A stretch of DNA of 64,000 bases, taken from Chloroflexota bacterium. GTDB lineage: Bacteria; Chloroflexota; Limnocylindria; P2-11E. The first letter of the stretch is position 1. Each line of letters begins with the position of its first letter. The stretch spans positions 256,163 through 320,162 of the forward strand of contig DAIDAP010000037.1 of the NCBI GenBank assembly GCA_027310565.1, read 5' to 3'. The notes beneath the pieces were generated by a model, which saw only the letters and a program-made list of their open reading frames with translations, made no database searches and was not told the origin of the DNA. Shown one piece after another: positions 18,041 to 27,003 of this stretch. Position numbers and translations under genes: made by a program.

Positions 18041-19273
18041 ATGGTCGTCGACGTCAAGACCAGGGAGACCAGCGAGGTCGAGACCGAGCAGCTCGCGACG
18101 GGCTGCGAGGCGATCGCCGAGGCCATCCGCCTCGCCGACGTCGATGTCATGGCCGCGTACCCCATCCGCCCCTACGACGGCGTCATGCAGGCGGCCGCGA
18201 AGCTCATCGCGAACGGCAAGATGGACGTCGAGTACATCGTCGCCGACGGCGAGCACAGCCAGTTCGAGATCGTGAAGCACGCGTGCGCGGTCGGGTCGCG
18301 CGTGTTCGTCGGCTCCTCCGGCGTCGGCTGGTTCTACGCGTTCGAGGCGATCGCGGTGACCGCGGGCCTCCGCCTGCCGGTCGTCGCGATCTGCGGCAAC
18401 CGCGCGCTCGACGACCCGGGCGCCTTCGGGACCGAGCACAACGACTCGCTCGCGGTGCGCGACCTCGGCTGGCTGCTGCCCTGGGCCGAGACGGCGCAGG
18501 AAGCGCTCGACCTCGCGCTCATGGCCTGGCGCGTCGGCGAGGACAGGCGCGTCAGCCTCCCGGTCGCGATCGGGCTGGACGGCGCGTTCCTCACGCACTC
18601 GCAGCACATCGTGAAGATCCCGACCCAGGCCGCGGTGCAGCGGTTCCTGCCGAAGTTCGACCTCGGCGACCGCCTGCTCCACCCGGACAACCCGATCACG
18701 ATCGCCCCGCAGGTCGACCAGGACTGGCTCATGGAGATCCGCCGCCAGAACGACCACGCGATGCGGCAGGCGCTCGGCGTCATCCGCGAGGCGCACGCCG
18801 ACTTCAAGACGATCTTCGGCCGCGGCGGCGACAGCCCGTTCCTCGACGAGTTCATGACCGAGGACGCCGAGGTCGTCGTCATCGGCCAGGGCACGCTCTC
18901 GCTCCCGATGAAGGTCGCCATCCGCCGTCTGCGCAAGGAGGGCCACAAGGTCGGCCTCGTCCGCCTCAAGTGGTTCCGCCCGTTCCCGACGGAGGAGGTC
19001 GTCCGGAGCCTCGGCCGATTCAAGGCCATCGGCGTCGTCGACCGCGACTACTCGTTCGGATCGCCGTTCTACGGCGGCGTCCTCTACAACGAGATCCGCT
19101 CCGCGCTGTACTCGCAGGCATCGCGCCCGGCCATCGTCGGCTTCATCGCCGGCCTGGGCGGCCGCGAGATCGAGCAGCCCATGGCGACCGAGATCTTCGA
19201 GAAGACCGAAGCCGCCGCCCGGACCGGACTCCCCGCCGGGGACGTCTGCCACTGGATCGGCGTACGCGAGTAA
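18041..19273 (+). CDS. 2-oxoacid:ferredoxin oxidoreductase alpha subunit
   Basis: PorA/VorA-like sequence throughout; ATG one nt after the upstream stop. Confidence 0.85.
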   Translation: MVVDVKTRETSEVETEQLATGCEAIAEAIRLADVDVMAAYPIRPYDGVMQAAAKLIANGKMDVEYIVADGEHSQFEIVKHACAVGSRVFVGSSGVGWFYAFEAIAVTAGLRLPVVAICGNRALDDPGAFGTEHNDSLAVRDLGWLLPWAETAQEALDLALMAWRVGEDRRVSLPVAIGLDGAFLTHSQHIVKIPTQAAVQRFLPKFDLGDRLLHPDNPITIAPQVDQDWLMEIRRQNDHAMRQALGVIREAHADFKTIFGRGGDSPFLDEFMTEDAEVVVIGQGTLSLPMKVAIRRLRKEGHKVGLVRLKWFRPFPTEEVVRSLGRFKAIGVVDRDYSFGSPFYGGVLYNEIRSALYSQASRPAIVGFIAGLGGREIEQPMATEIFEKTEAAARTGLPAGDVCHWIGVRE

Positions 19274-19284
19274 GGAGGGACGAC

Positions 19285-20331
19285 GTGGCAATCGACACCG
19301 CACTCCCCCAGATCAAAGGCGTCAAGGACGTCCCGTACGAGGAGCTCTTCGTGTCGGGGCACCGCACCTGCCAGGGCTGCGAGTCAGCCCTCGTGATGCG
19401 GCACATGGTGAAGGCCTCGGGGCCGCGCACGATCGTGCTCGGCTCGACCGGCTGCATGTACGTCGCGAACACCACGTATTACACGACCCCCTGGGTGGTC
19501 CCGTGGATGCACACGCAGCTCGGCGCGTCGGGCTCGGCCGCGCTGGGCACAGCCGCCGGCCTCAAGGTGCTCATGCGCAAGGGCAAGCTGAAGAACGAGA
19601 AGATCAACGTCATCGCCTTCTGCGGCGACGGCGGCGGCGCCGACATGGGCCTCGGCGCCATCTCCGCGACGCTCACGCACAAGGAGTACGACTGCCTCGT
19701 GCTCCTGTATGACAACGAGTCGTACGCGAACACGGACATCCAGCTCTCGAGCATGACGCCGTACGGCGCGGTCACCACGTTCTCGCCGTCCGGTGAGAAG
19801 AAGCGGCTCATGCATACGCGCTGGAAGAAGAACGTCCCGGGCATGCTCGCCGCGGGCCACCCCGAGTCGCGCTACATCGCGGCCGGCTGTGCCGCGTACG
19901 CCGTGGATCTCATGAACAAGATCCGCAGGGCTCTCGAGCTCGGCGGGCCCACCTTCGTCCACACCCTCGACCCGTGCCCGAAGGGCTGGGACTACCACCC
20001 GCAATACAGCCAGGAGCTCGGGCACCTCGCGGTCGAGTGCGGTATCTGGCCGCTCTACGAGGTCGTGGACGGCGTCTGCAACCTCACCGGCCCGACCCGG
20101 CAGATCGCCGAGGGCCGCAAGAAGCGCAAGCCGGTCATCGAGTACCTGCGCCGGCAGGGCCGCTTCGCGCACTTCGTCGACGAGGACGTGGAGCACTTCC
20201 AGGCCGAGGTCGACAAGATGTGGACCGACTGGCTCATCCCCGGCGTCATCCCCTTCACCGTCCCGGCGAAGGACCAGGCGCTCCTCAAGATCGACAGGAA
20301 GCCGCTGCACGAGCAGACCAAGAGCGCGTAG
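19285..20331 (+). CDS. 2-oxoacid:ferredoxin oxidoreductase beta subunit (TPP-binding)
   Basis: TPP-binding motif GDGGGADMGLG and Cys ligands (CQGC...C) of the proximal cluster. GTG at 19285 follows the RBS AAGGAGGG. Confidence 0.85.
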   Translation: MAIDTALPQIKGVKDVPYEELFVSGHRTCQGCESALVMRHMVKASGPRTIVLGSTGCMYVANTTYYTTPWVVPWMHTQLGASGSAALGTAAGLKVLMRKGKLKNEKINVIAFCGDGGGADMGLGAISATLTHKEYDCLVLLYDNESYANTDIQLSSMTPYGAVTTFSPSGEKKRLMHTRWKKNVPGMLAAGHPESRYIAAGCAAYAVDLMNKIRRALELGGPTFVHTLDPCPKGWDYHPQYSQELGHLAVECGIWPLYEVVDGVCNLTGPTRQIAEGRKKRKPVIEYLRRQGRFAHFVDEDVEHFQAEVDKMWTDWLIPGVIPFTVPAKDQALLKIDRKPLHEQTKSA

Positions 20332-20351
20332 GTCGCACGAAGCTGACCCGA

Positions 20352-20382
20352 GGGCCGGCCGCAACATGCGGCCGGCCCTCGT
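20352..20382. terminator. Bidirectional GC-rich hairpin between convergent oxidoreductase beta and collagen-like genes
   Basis: GAGGGCCGGCCGC-aacat-GCGGCCGGCCCTC, a perfect 13-bp stem. Confidence 0.55.
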
Positions 20383-20387
20383 CATCT

Positions 20388-21752
20388 CTACGGAGTGATA
20401 ACGATCGGGGACAACGACGTACCCGTCACCGCGGGCGTGAGCGTATCGGTGACGGTCACGGTGTGCGTCCCTGTCGTGAGGAACGTAACGACGAAGTCAT
20501 GCACTCCCGCGTCCAACCCCGTGAACGTGTAGTCGGCAGGCAAGGTCGCCACTGGATCCGAGCTCGTGAAGCGCACCGTGCCGCGGTAGTCGGTCACCAC
20601 GTTGCCGAACACGTCACGGACAAGCACGTTCAGACCAAGGGGCACGCCCCGGGCACCGCCGCTGCCGATAACCCTGAAGGCGGAAGCCGGACCGCTAGTC
20701 ACGGTGATCGTGTCCGAGGTCCCCGTGACCGCCGCATCGAACGTGTCAGTCGCGATGATCGTGCCCGGGCCAGCGCGCGAGATGCCGAACGCACTCGTGA
20801 AGGTGTGCCTACCGCCGTCGGCGGCGGTGAACGTGTAGTAGGGCGGCACAAAGCCATAGGGGCTCGAGAGGGTGAAGCCGATCGTGCCGCGGTAGTCGCT
20901 CACCGCGTTGCCGAGGCTGTCCAGCGCGGTCACCGTCACGCTGAACCTTTCGCCCGCTGCGACCGTGCTCGGGCTCGCGACCACGCTGAGGCTCGCCGGG
21001 CCCACGGTGATCGAGGCGGCGCCCGAGATGGAGGCATCCAGAACGTCCGTGGCGGAGACCGTCTGCGCGCCTACCGAAACGAGCGTCACGCCGTTCGGCG
21101 GAGCGAAGGTATGCGTGCCGGCGTCTTGCGGGGTGAATGTGTAATCGTGAGGAAGCGTCGCGCCCGGGTCGGTGCTCGTGAAACGGATCCTGCCGCGGTA
21201 CAGGTCCGCGACGTTTCCGAACTGGTCTAGCACGGTGACTGTCACAGTCGTCGCTACGCCTGATCTTGATGCATCCACGACGACCCTGAATCCGAAAGCG
21301 GCCGACGTCGCCGTACCGCTCGGACCGGTCGGTCCGGTTGCGCCGGTGGGACCCGTTGCTCCCGGAGCGCCGGTTGGACCGGTGGGGCCAGTCAGGCCGG
21401 CGGCTCCGGTTGGACCAGTCGCGCCGGCGGCGCCGGTGGGACCGGTCGATCCGGCGGCGCCGGTCGCACCCGTCGCGCCGGTGTCACCCTTTTGCCCGAC
21501 CTGATTCCACGTGATCGCCCGCTCGTTCTTGCCGCACTCCTCGGCCGAGGCGACCAGGCGCAGCTGGCCACTGCGCCCGCCGTCGTCCTTCGGCTTGGCT
21601 GAGCTGTCCTTCTCGTTCTGCTGGACCTGGAAGCATGCGGTGATGACGCCGCCCGGGCCGGGGATCGTGCCGGCGGCGAAGACGCCGCCCGCACCTCCCA
21701 GGACGAAGGCGATGACCCCCACCAGCAGGTAGTGCGCGAACGGATTGCGCAT
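20388..21752 (-). CDS. Secreted/membrane-anchored collagen-like (Gly-X-Thr triple-helix repeat) protein with three Ig-like repeat domains
   Basis: ATG at 21752 ([13 protein letters not shown]...) is preceded by GGGAGGGAG. It has an N-terminal TM/signal, 19 uninterrupted G-X-Y triplets ([13 protein letters not shown]...GPSG), then three ~95-aa repeats ([23 protein letters not shown]...). The first 138 codons of the 592-aa ORF are an artefact. Confidence 0.75.
   Translation of the reverse strand: MRNPFAHYLLVGVIAFVLGGAGGVFAAGTIPGPGGVITACFQVQQNEKDSSAKPKDDGGRSGQLRLVASAEECGKNERAITWNQVGQKGDTGATGATGAAGSTGPTGAAGATGPTGAAGLTGPTGPTGAPGATGPTGATGPTGPSGTATSAAFGFRVVVDASRSGVATTVTVTVLDQFGNVADLYRGRIRFTSTDPGATLPHDYTFTPQDAGTHTFAPPNGVTLVSVGAQTVSATDVLDASISGAASITVGPASLSVVASPSTVAAGERFSVTVTALDSLGNAVSDYRGTIGFTLSSPYGFVPPYYTFTAADGGRHTFTSAFGISRAGPGTIIATDTFDAAVTGTSDTITVTSGPASAFRVIGSGGARGVPLGLNVLVRDVFGNVVTDYRGTVRFTSSDPVATLPADYTFTGLDAGVHDFVVTFLTTGTHTVTVTDTLTPAVTGTSLSPIVITP
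21300..21480. repeat. Tandem 9-bp (GGNCCGGTN)n repeats encoding the collagen-like Gly-X-Thr tract
   Basis: Direct reading of near-identical 9-mers across ~170 bp. Confidence 0.8.
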
Positions 21753-21807
21753 GCGTTCTCCCTCCCACCCCGACGACTCGACAGGCCCCCGCCGGCGCGC
21801 CCGCGCG

Positions 21808-21950
21808 ATGCTACGCCAGACGCCGTACGGCGCGGTCACGACGTTCCCTCCGTCAGGCGAGAAGCGCCGGCTCAGGGCGCTCGAGCAGGGCGGGCCCACC
21901 AGTACCTGCGCCGGCAGGGCCGCTTCGCACACTTCATCGACGCGGCACAT
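21808..21950 (+). pseudogene. Degenerate, internally deleted partial copy of the 3' part of the oxidoreductase beta gene
   Basis: Three blocks match the beta gene at 19757-19808, 19925-19952 and 20139-20180 at about 85-90% identity, concatenated with the intervening ~120- and ~185-bp segments missing. There is no intact reading frame. Confidence 0.7.
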
Positions 21951-22215
21951 CCGCCTCGCCGCACTCGAATGAGAACGCGCCGGACTCCAGGTCGGCGAGG
22001 AAGACGTCCAGCGCCCGTGCCTTGAGACGGCCCTCGACGAGGTAGCCGATCTCCGCGAGCGTCCAGGCGGGGACGAGATACGGCCCTGCGTCTTCCACGA
22101 ACACCCTCCGCACGCGCTCGTGGTCCGGATCCCGGCGGTCCAGCAGCGCGAGTACCGCGCTCGCATCGAGCCTGATCAGGTGCGGCGCCGCCGGCGCGAC
22201 CAGCGCCGATCCCAC
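21934..22215 (-). pseudogene. C-terminally truncated PIN-domain (VapC-like) toxin gene
   Basis: [52 protein letters not shown]...[18 protein letters not shown] fits the first about two-thirds of a PIN domain (conserved D, E, D positions). The frame terminates exactly where it runs into the oxidoreductase-beta ghost fragment. The upstream partner is a possible decayed RHH/VapB-like ORF (...RLIREALTQYLAG...). Confidence 0.45.
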
Positions 22216-22625
22216 TCTCGGCGCAGCCACTTCTCTGAGCTCGCACCCGTGACCTTCCCATCCGCCGCGATCCCGACGGACCGCGGCAGCACCCGCGGAC
22301 GGCCCGCCAGGTACTGCGTGAGCGCCTCCCTGATGAGCCGGGTGCCGCGGTCCCGGCATCGGCCGCTCCGGGCTCCGCAGGCAGCGCCATGACACGAAGG
22401 CCGCGAGCGCGATGGCCGAGGCCGGCGTCCTGGGGACGCCCGCGAGCCACCCGAGGGAAACGCTTGAACGGCGCAGACGTCGCGACGACGTAGCCGGTGA
22501 GGATGCCCAGACTCATCTGCGTGGCGAACTCGAGGAGCACCCAGAAGCCTTGGCCCTCGGGCATCAACCGGGGCGGATCGCCGCGCCACACCGACCGTCG
22601 CGCCGCGAGGAGGACGCGCCCGCTC

Positions 22626-23210
22626 TTAGGAGCCCGTCTCCGGACGCGGCGCCTGCTGCGGTGCCGCGCCGTGGGGCGGCGTCGCCGGAGGGTTCGCGGC
22701 AGCCGCGGGCGCCGGCGGCGCCCCGTACGGGCGCGCCGGGCGGAACTCGCCGGCCGGCCGGAACGGCGGACGCTCCGGCTTCGGCGGCGGGGGCCCGCCG
22801 GCCATCGCGCGCGCCTGCGGTGACATGAGCGAGCGGACGTGCTCCGCGGTGTAGGGCAGCAGCGCCATGAACCGCGCCCGCTTCAGCGCGCTCGTGAGCA
22901 TGCGCTGGTGCTTCGCGCAGGTGCCGCTCTTGCGGCGCGGATCGATCTTGCCGCGATCGCTGATGTAGCGGCGGATGCGCCCGACGTCCTTGTAGTCGAT
23001 GCGCTGCACCTTGTCGACGCAGAACGAGCAGGCGCGCCTTCGCGGGCGACGGCCGCCGGGGCCGCCGCGCTCGCCACGGTCGCCGTAGGAGGGGCGCGCG
23101 CCGTAGGTGCGCGGACCGCGCGCGGCTCCCCCGCCAGGCGCCGGTCGCGCGGCGCCGGCCGGCGCGCCGGGCGGCTCCGGGGTCGTGCTCTGGGGTGTCT
23201 CGGACGTCAT
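22626..23210 (-). CDS. rpsR: 30S ribosomal protein S18 with long N- and C-terminal low-complexity extensions
   Basis: Core [60 protein letters not shown]. It is flanked by a ~60-aa Gly/Pro/Arg-rich N-extension and a ~65-aa Pro/Ala-rich C-tail. Confidence 0.8.
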   Translation of the reverse strand: MTSETPQSTTPEPPGAPAGAARPAPGGGAARGPRTYGARPSYGDRGERGGPGGRRPRRRACSFCVDKVQRIDYKDVGRIRRYISDRGKIDPRRKSGTCAKHQRMLTSALKRARFMALLPYTAEHVRSLMSPQARAMAGGPPPPKPERPPFRPAGEFRPARPYGAPPAPAAAANPPATPPHGAAPQQAPRPETGS

Positions 23211-23225
23211 CGCTCTCTCTCCTAC

Positions 23226-23654
23226 CTAGAACGGGATCTCGTCGGGGTCGAACCCCTTGTCGCCCGGGGCGCGCTCGGGGCGAGGCGCCCCGCCGGCGCC
23301 CATGCCCTCCTCGCGGTCGCGCCGCGAGTCGAGGACCTGGAAGTCGTTCGCGTTGATGTCGAGGCTGGTGCGCTCGCGGCCCTCCTTGTCGGTCCAGGTG
23401 CGCGGCGTGAAGCGGCCGTCCACGAACACGAGCCGGCCGCGCTGCACGATCTGCTGCGCTCGCTCGGCGAGGTTGCCCCAGCACGAGATGCGGTACCAGT
23501 CGGTCTGCTCCTGTCGCTCGCCGCTGTCGCTGCGGCCGCTGATGCGGTTCACCGCGACGCTGAACTCGCACACCGGGCGACCGTTGGAGGTCATCTTGAG
23601 CTCCGGGTCGCGCCCGACGTTGCCGACGATCATGATCTTGCTGAATGAGGCCAT
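23226..23654 (-). CDS. ssb: Single-stranded DNA-binding protein
   Basis: OB-fold SSB sequence with the acidic C-terminal tip DEIPF. Confidence 0.9.
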   Translation of the reverse strand: MASFSKIMIVGNVGRDPELKMTSNGRPVCEFSVAVNRISGRSDSGERQEQTDWYRISCWGNLAERAQQIVQRGRLVFVDGRFTPRTWTDKEGRERTSLDINANDFQVLDSRRDREEGMGAGGAPRPERAPGDKGFDPDEIPF

Positions 23655-23656
23655 CG

Positions 23657-23944
23657 CTATTCGTCCCTTCGCACCACGAGGTGGCGCAGGATGTCTTCGG
23701 TCAGCGAGATGGTGCGCTCGAGCTCGCGCGCCTGCTCGGGCGGGAGCGAGAACTCGAGGACGGCGTACTGACCGTCACGGTGGTGCGCGACCTCGTACGC
23801 GAGTCGCCGGCGCGTCGCCGGCGTGGCCTTGTCGATCTTGCCGCCGAGACCGGTGACGGCGGACTGAAGGCGCTCGCTCACGGCGGTCATGCGCTCTTCG
23901 TCCACGGTCGGGGGCATGAGGTACATGAGCTCGTAGGGCCGCAT
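23657..23944 (-). CDS. rpsF: 30S ribosomal protein S6
   Basis: S6 family sequence (MRPYELMYLM...). Start at M7 of the listed ORF. Order rpsF-ssb-rpsR is conserved. Confidence 0.85.
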   Translation of the reverse strand: MRPYELMYLMPPTVDEERMTAVSERLQSAVTGLGGKIDKATPATRRRLAYEVAHHRDGQYAVLEFSLPPEQARELERTISLTEDILRHLVVRRDE

Positions 23945-24099
23945 CGACACGTTCCTTTCCATGGGTTTGCCGCGGGCACGGGACCCGGGGCGAAAAGGCG
24001 CCGCGGATCGGGTCCGCGGCGGTCCGTTCCAGTGTACGCGACGCGGACGCGGATGACGCCACGATGGGACGATCGGCCGCGGCTTGCGGGAGCGTCCCG

Positions 24100-24333
24100 A
24101 TGACCCTGCGCCGGGACGCCACGGCCGACTGCCCCGAGTGCCACCTGCCGATGTTCCCGGTCGCCGCCGAGGCGACGACGGTCACGCTCGAGTGCGCCAA
24201 CCGCCACCGAACGGCCGCGGCGATGCCGGCCGACGCGGCGCTGCGCCGCCTCGTGCGCGGCTGGGTCTCGCGCAGGGGCGCGCAGCTCCACGTCCAGCAC
24301 GAGCGATGGGAGGACGACGCGGACGACGGCTGA
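24100..24333 (+). CDS. Hypothetical small zinc-ribbon-like protein
   Basis: Paired Cys/His motifs CPECH...CANRH. There is no family assignment; it is an intergenic ORF between rpsF and the MFS gene. Confidence 0.25.
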   Translation: MTLRRDATADCPECHLPMFPVAAEATTVTLECANRHRTAAAMPADAALRRLVRGWVSRRGAQLHVQHERWEDDADDG

Positions 24334-24338
24334 AGCGC

Positions 24339-25532
24339 TCACGCCCGGTCGGACGGTCCCGCCCCGGGCCGCGTGCCGCGCCAGAGCGCCAGCGCCGCGA
24401 CGACGAGCGCGGCGTCCACCGTCCAGAAGCCCGCGTCGTAGGAGCCGGTCCGGTCGTAGACGGCGCCGAGCCCGACCGGCGCGGCGGCCCAGGCGACCGT
24501 GATGAGGGACCCGAGCACCCCCTGGATGCTGGCGAACCGCCGCGGGCCGTACAGGCGGGCGACCGCGGTGCCGCGGATGAGCGTGTCCATCCCGCGGCCG
24601 GCGCCGAAGAGGACGACGAAGACGAGCGCTCCGGCCGTGCCGGGCACGAGGAGGAGCAGCGCGAGCGCCACGGGCTGCGTCGCGTAGACGAGCGCGACCG
24701 CGGTGTGCGGCGCGACGCGGCGCTCGAGCGGCCCGAGCAGGAGGCGGCCCCCCACCTGCATCGCGCCGACGAGACCGGCGAGCCATGCCGCGGTGGCGAG
24801 GTCGAAGCCCCGCCCGCCGAGGTACGGGACGAGGTTGACCTGGATCCCGAGCGTGAGCGCGTAGCAGACGAACCCGAGCGCGAGCCAGCGGAAGGACGGC
24901 TGGCGGACCGCCTCGCCGAGCGAGAGGCTCGGCTCGTGCTGGTGCGTCTCGCGCGGCGCGGCGCGCAGGAGGAGCGCGTGCGGCAGGACGGTGGCGAGGC
25001 CGAGGATCGCCGCGAGGGCCACGAGCGTGTCGCGCCAGCCGAGCCGCGACACGAGGAGCGCGGTGAGCGGGAGGAAGATCGTCGAGGCGAGCCCGGCCAT
25101 GAGCGTCACCACGGTGAGCGCCTCGGTCCGGCGCTCGCGGAAGTGCGCGATCACCGTCGCGAACGCCGGGCCGTAGAGCGTCGCCGACCAGGTGGCGCCG
25201 ATCGCGATCCAGATCGCGTAGTACGCCGCGAGGTCGCGCACGCCGGACCACGCCAGGACCAGCCCGACGCCGGCGATCGACCCCGCGGTCATGAGCAGCC
25301 GCGGGCCGCGACGGTCGAGCCACTGCCCCACCGCGACGCCGGAGACGCCGAGCATGAGGAGCGCGACCGAGAACGCGCCCGTGATCTCGGCGCGCGACCA
25401 GCCCAGCTCCGCCTCCGTCGGCTCGACGAGCACCCCGAACGCGTAGTAGAGGACGCCCCACGACACCGTCTCGGTGAAGCCGAGCGTGAGCACGAGCCGC
25501 CAGCGGTACGGGATCCGGCGCACGATGCCGAG
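24339..25532 (-). CDS. MFS transporter
   Basis: 12-TM MFS topology. Start set at GTG 25532 (VLGIVRR...) because the longer ORF runs across tRNA-Leu. Confidence 0.7.
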   Translation of the reverse strand, partial: LGIVRRIPYRWRLVLTLGFTETVSWGVLYYAFGVLVEPTEAELGWSRAEITGAFSVALLMLGVSGVAVGQWLDRRGPRLLMTAGSIAGVGLVLAWSGVRDLAAYYAIWIAIGATWSATLYGPAFATVIAHFRERRTEALTVVTLMAGLASTIFLPLTALLVSRLGWRDTLVALAAILGLATVLPHALLLRAAPRETHQHEPSLSLGEAVRQPSFRWLALGFVCYALTLGIQVNLVPYLGGRGFDLATAAWLAGLVGAMQVGGRLLLGPLERRVAPHTAVALVYATQPVALALLLLVPGTAGALVFVVLFGAGRGMDTLIRGTAVARLYGPRRFASIQGVLGSLITVAWAAAPVGLGAVYDRTGSYDAGFWTVDAALVVAALALWRGTRPGAGPSDRA

Positions 25533-25557
25533 GACGCTATCCGGTCGGTCGGCCCGG

Positions 25558-25642
25558 TGCCGGAGGAGGGAGTCGAACCCCCAGGTGGGCGTGAGCCCGA
25601 CCGATCTTAAGTCGGCAGCGTCTTCCGTTCCGCCACTCCGGC
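25558..25642 (-). tRNA. tRNA-Leu (anticodon UAA)
   Basis: Minus-strand sequence GCCGGAGUGGCGGAACGG...CGACUUAAGAUCGG...long variable arm...GGUUCGACUCCCUCCUCCGGCA. 7-bp acceptor stem, anticodon loop CUUAAGA, type-II variable arm. CCA is not encoded. Confidence 0.8.
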
Positions 25643-25737
25643 GCTGGGTCGATTCTAGAGACGGCGCCTCGGAGAACCCGGGGCACGGAGCGGTGCCATC
25701 GGCCAGACTACGGGCGAACAGCGACAAGGAGCAGGTC

Positions 25738-26997
25738 GTGATCTCCCACCCCACCCGGTTCGTGATCATCGGCAACGGCGCCGCCGGCACCTACGCGGCC
25801 GAGCAGCTGCGCAAGGACGACACGGCCTGCGAGATCGTCATGATCGACGACGAGAAGTACACGCTCTACAACCGCGTCTCCCTCCCCCGCTACCTCAAGG
25901 GCGTCCTCCTGGAGCAGCGCGTCTACGTGCGCGACATGGACTGGCACACGAAGAACCGCATCGACCTGCGGCTCGAGACGAAGGTCACGCGCGTGAGCTT
26001 CGAGGAGAAGACGGTCACGACCGACCCCGGCGGCGAGCTGCGCTACGACCGCCTGCTCATCGCGACCGGCGGCCGCCCGAACCCGCTGCGCGTCACCGGC
26101 GCCGAGGGCGCGCGGTACCTCTTCAACTTCCAGTACTTCGACGAGACGAAGGCGATGGTCGCGCGCATTCCCGAGTCGAAGGTCGCGGTGGTCATGGGCG
26201 GGTCGTTCATCGGGTACGAGCTCACCGAGGCGTTCGCGTTCCGCAAGCTCGAGACGCACTGGATCCAGCGCGGCCCCTGGTTCCTCCGCCGTGCGCTCGA
26301 CGAGCCGGGCGGCCGTGTCGTGTCACTCCTCGCGCAGGACGCCGGCGTGCACCTCCACTACGACGAGACGATCGAGCGGATCGAGCAGGCCGACGGACGG
26401 CTCAGGGTGCACGGCTCGAAGGGCTTCCGCGCGACGGCCGACCTCGTCGGGGTCGGGCTCGGCCTCACGATGAACATCGACGTCTTCAAGGGCACCGCCC
26501 TCGAGACGAAGGTGGGCATCGTCACGAACGAGTTCCTCGAGACGAGCGTCCCCGACGTGTGGGCCGCCGGTGACGTCGCGGAGTTCTACGACCTCGTCTC
26601 GCAGCGCCACCACCGCATGGGCACCTGGGACAACGCGCTCAACCACGGGCGGCACGTCGCGAAGAACATGCTCGGCGCGAAGCAGCCGTACGTGGAGGTG
26701 CCGACGTACGCCTCCGGCATGTTCAACTCGAACATCTCGGTCATGGGTGTCACGACCGAGGAGGAGCCCGATGCCGAGTCGCTCTTCGAGGTCGACGAGG
26801 AGGGCCGCAACTACAAGCGGCTCTTCTTCCTCGGCGACCGCCTCGTCGGCGCGATCCTCATCGGGAAGATGAGGGGCCGCAAGAAGGTCCTCGAGCTGAT
26901 CTCGTCGCGCACGCCCATCGCGGAGCGGGCGAAGGTGTTCGAGCTGCTCGCGATGCCGGAGGTCACCGCCCGGCCGGCACCGTCGCACGAAGGCTAG
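25738..26997 (+). CDS. FAD-dependent pyridine nucleotide-disulfide oxidoreductase (rubredoxin/ferredoxin reductase-like)
   Basis: Dinucleotide folds VIIGNGAAGTYAAEQL and VAVVMGGSFIGYELTEAF, plus AAGDVAEF. GTG 25738 follows the RBS AGGAGCAGG; the upstream part of the 507-aa ORF overlaps the tRNA. Confidence 0.75.
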   Translation: MISHPTRFVIIGNGAAGTYAAEQLRKDDTACEIVMIDDEKYTLYNRVSLPRYLKGVLLEQRVYVRDMDWHTKNRIDLRLETKVTRVSFEEKTVTTDPGGELRYDRLLIATGGRPNPLRVTGAEGARYLFNFQYFDETKAMVARIPESKVAVVMGGSFIGYELTEAFAFRKLETHWIQRGPWFLRRALDEPGGRVVSLLAQDAGVHLHYDETIERIEQADGRLRVHGSKGFRATADLVGVGLGLTMNIDVFKGTALETKVGIVTNEFLETSVPDVWAAGDVAEFYDLVSQRHHRMGTWDNALNHGRHVAKNMLGAKQPYVEVPTYASGMFNSNISVMGVTTEEEPDAESLFEVDEEGRNYKRLFFLGDRLVGAILIGKMRGRKKVLELISSRTPIAERAKVFELLAMPEVTARPAPSHEG

Positions 26998-27003
26998 CCA
27001 GGC

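Noticed and set aside
19384-20385. 333-aa minus-strand ORF
   Set aside because: Antisense to the oxidoreductase beta gene.
22564-23571. 335-aa minus-strand ORF
   Set aside because: Alternative frame across rpsR and ssb; low complexity.
24339-25790. Long 483-aa version of the MFS transporter
   Set aside because: The extended N-terminus runs straight through the tRNA-Leu gene (25558-25642). The start is trimmed to GTG 25532, after which TM helices begin.
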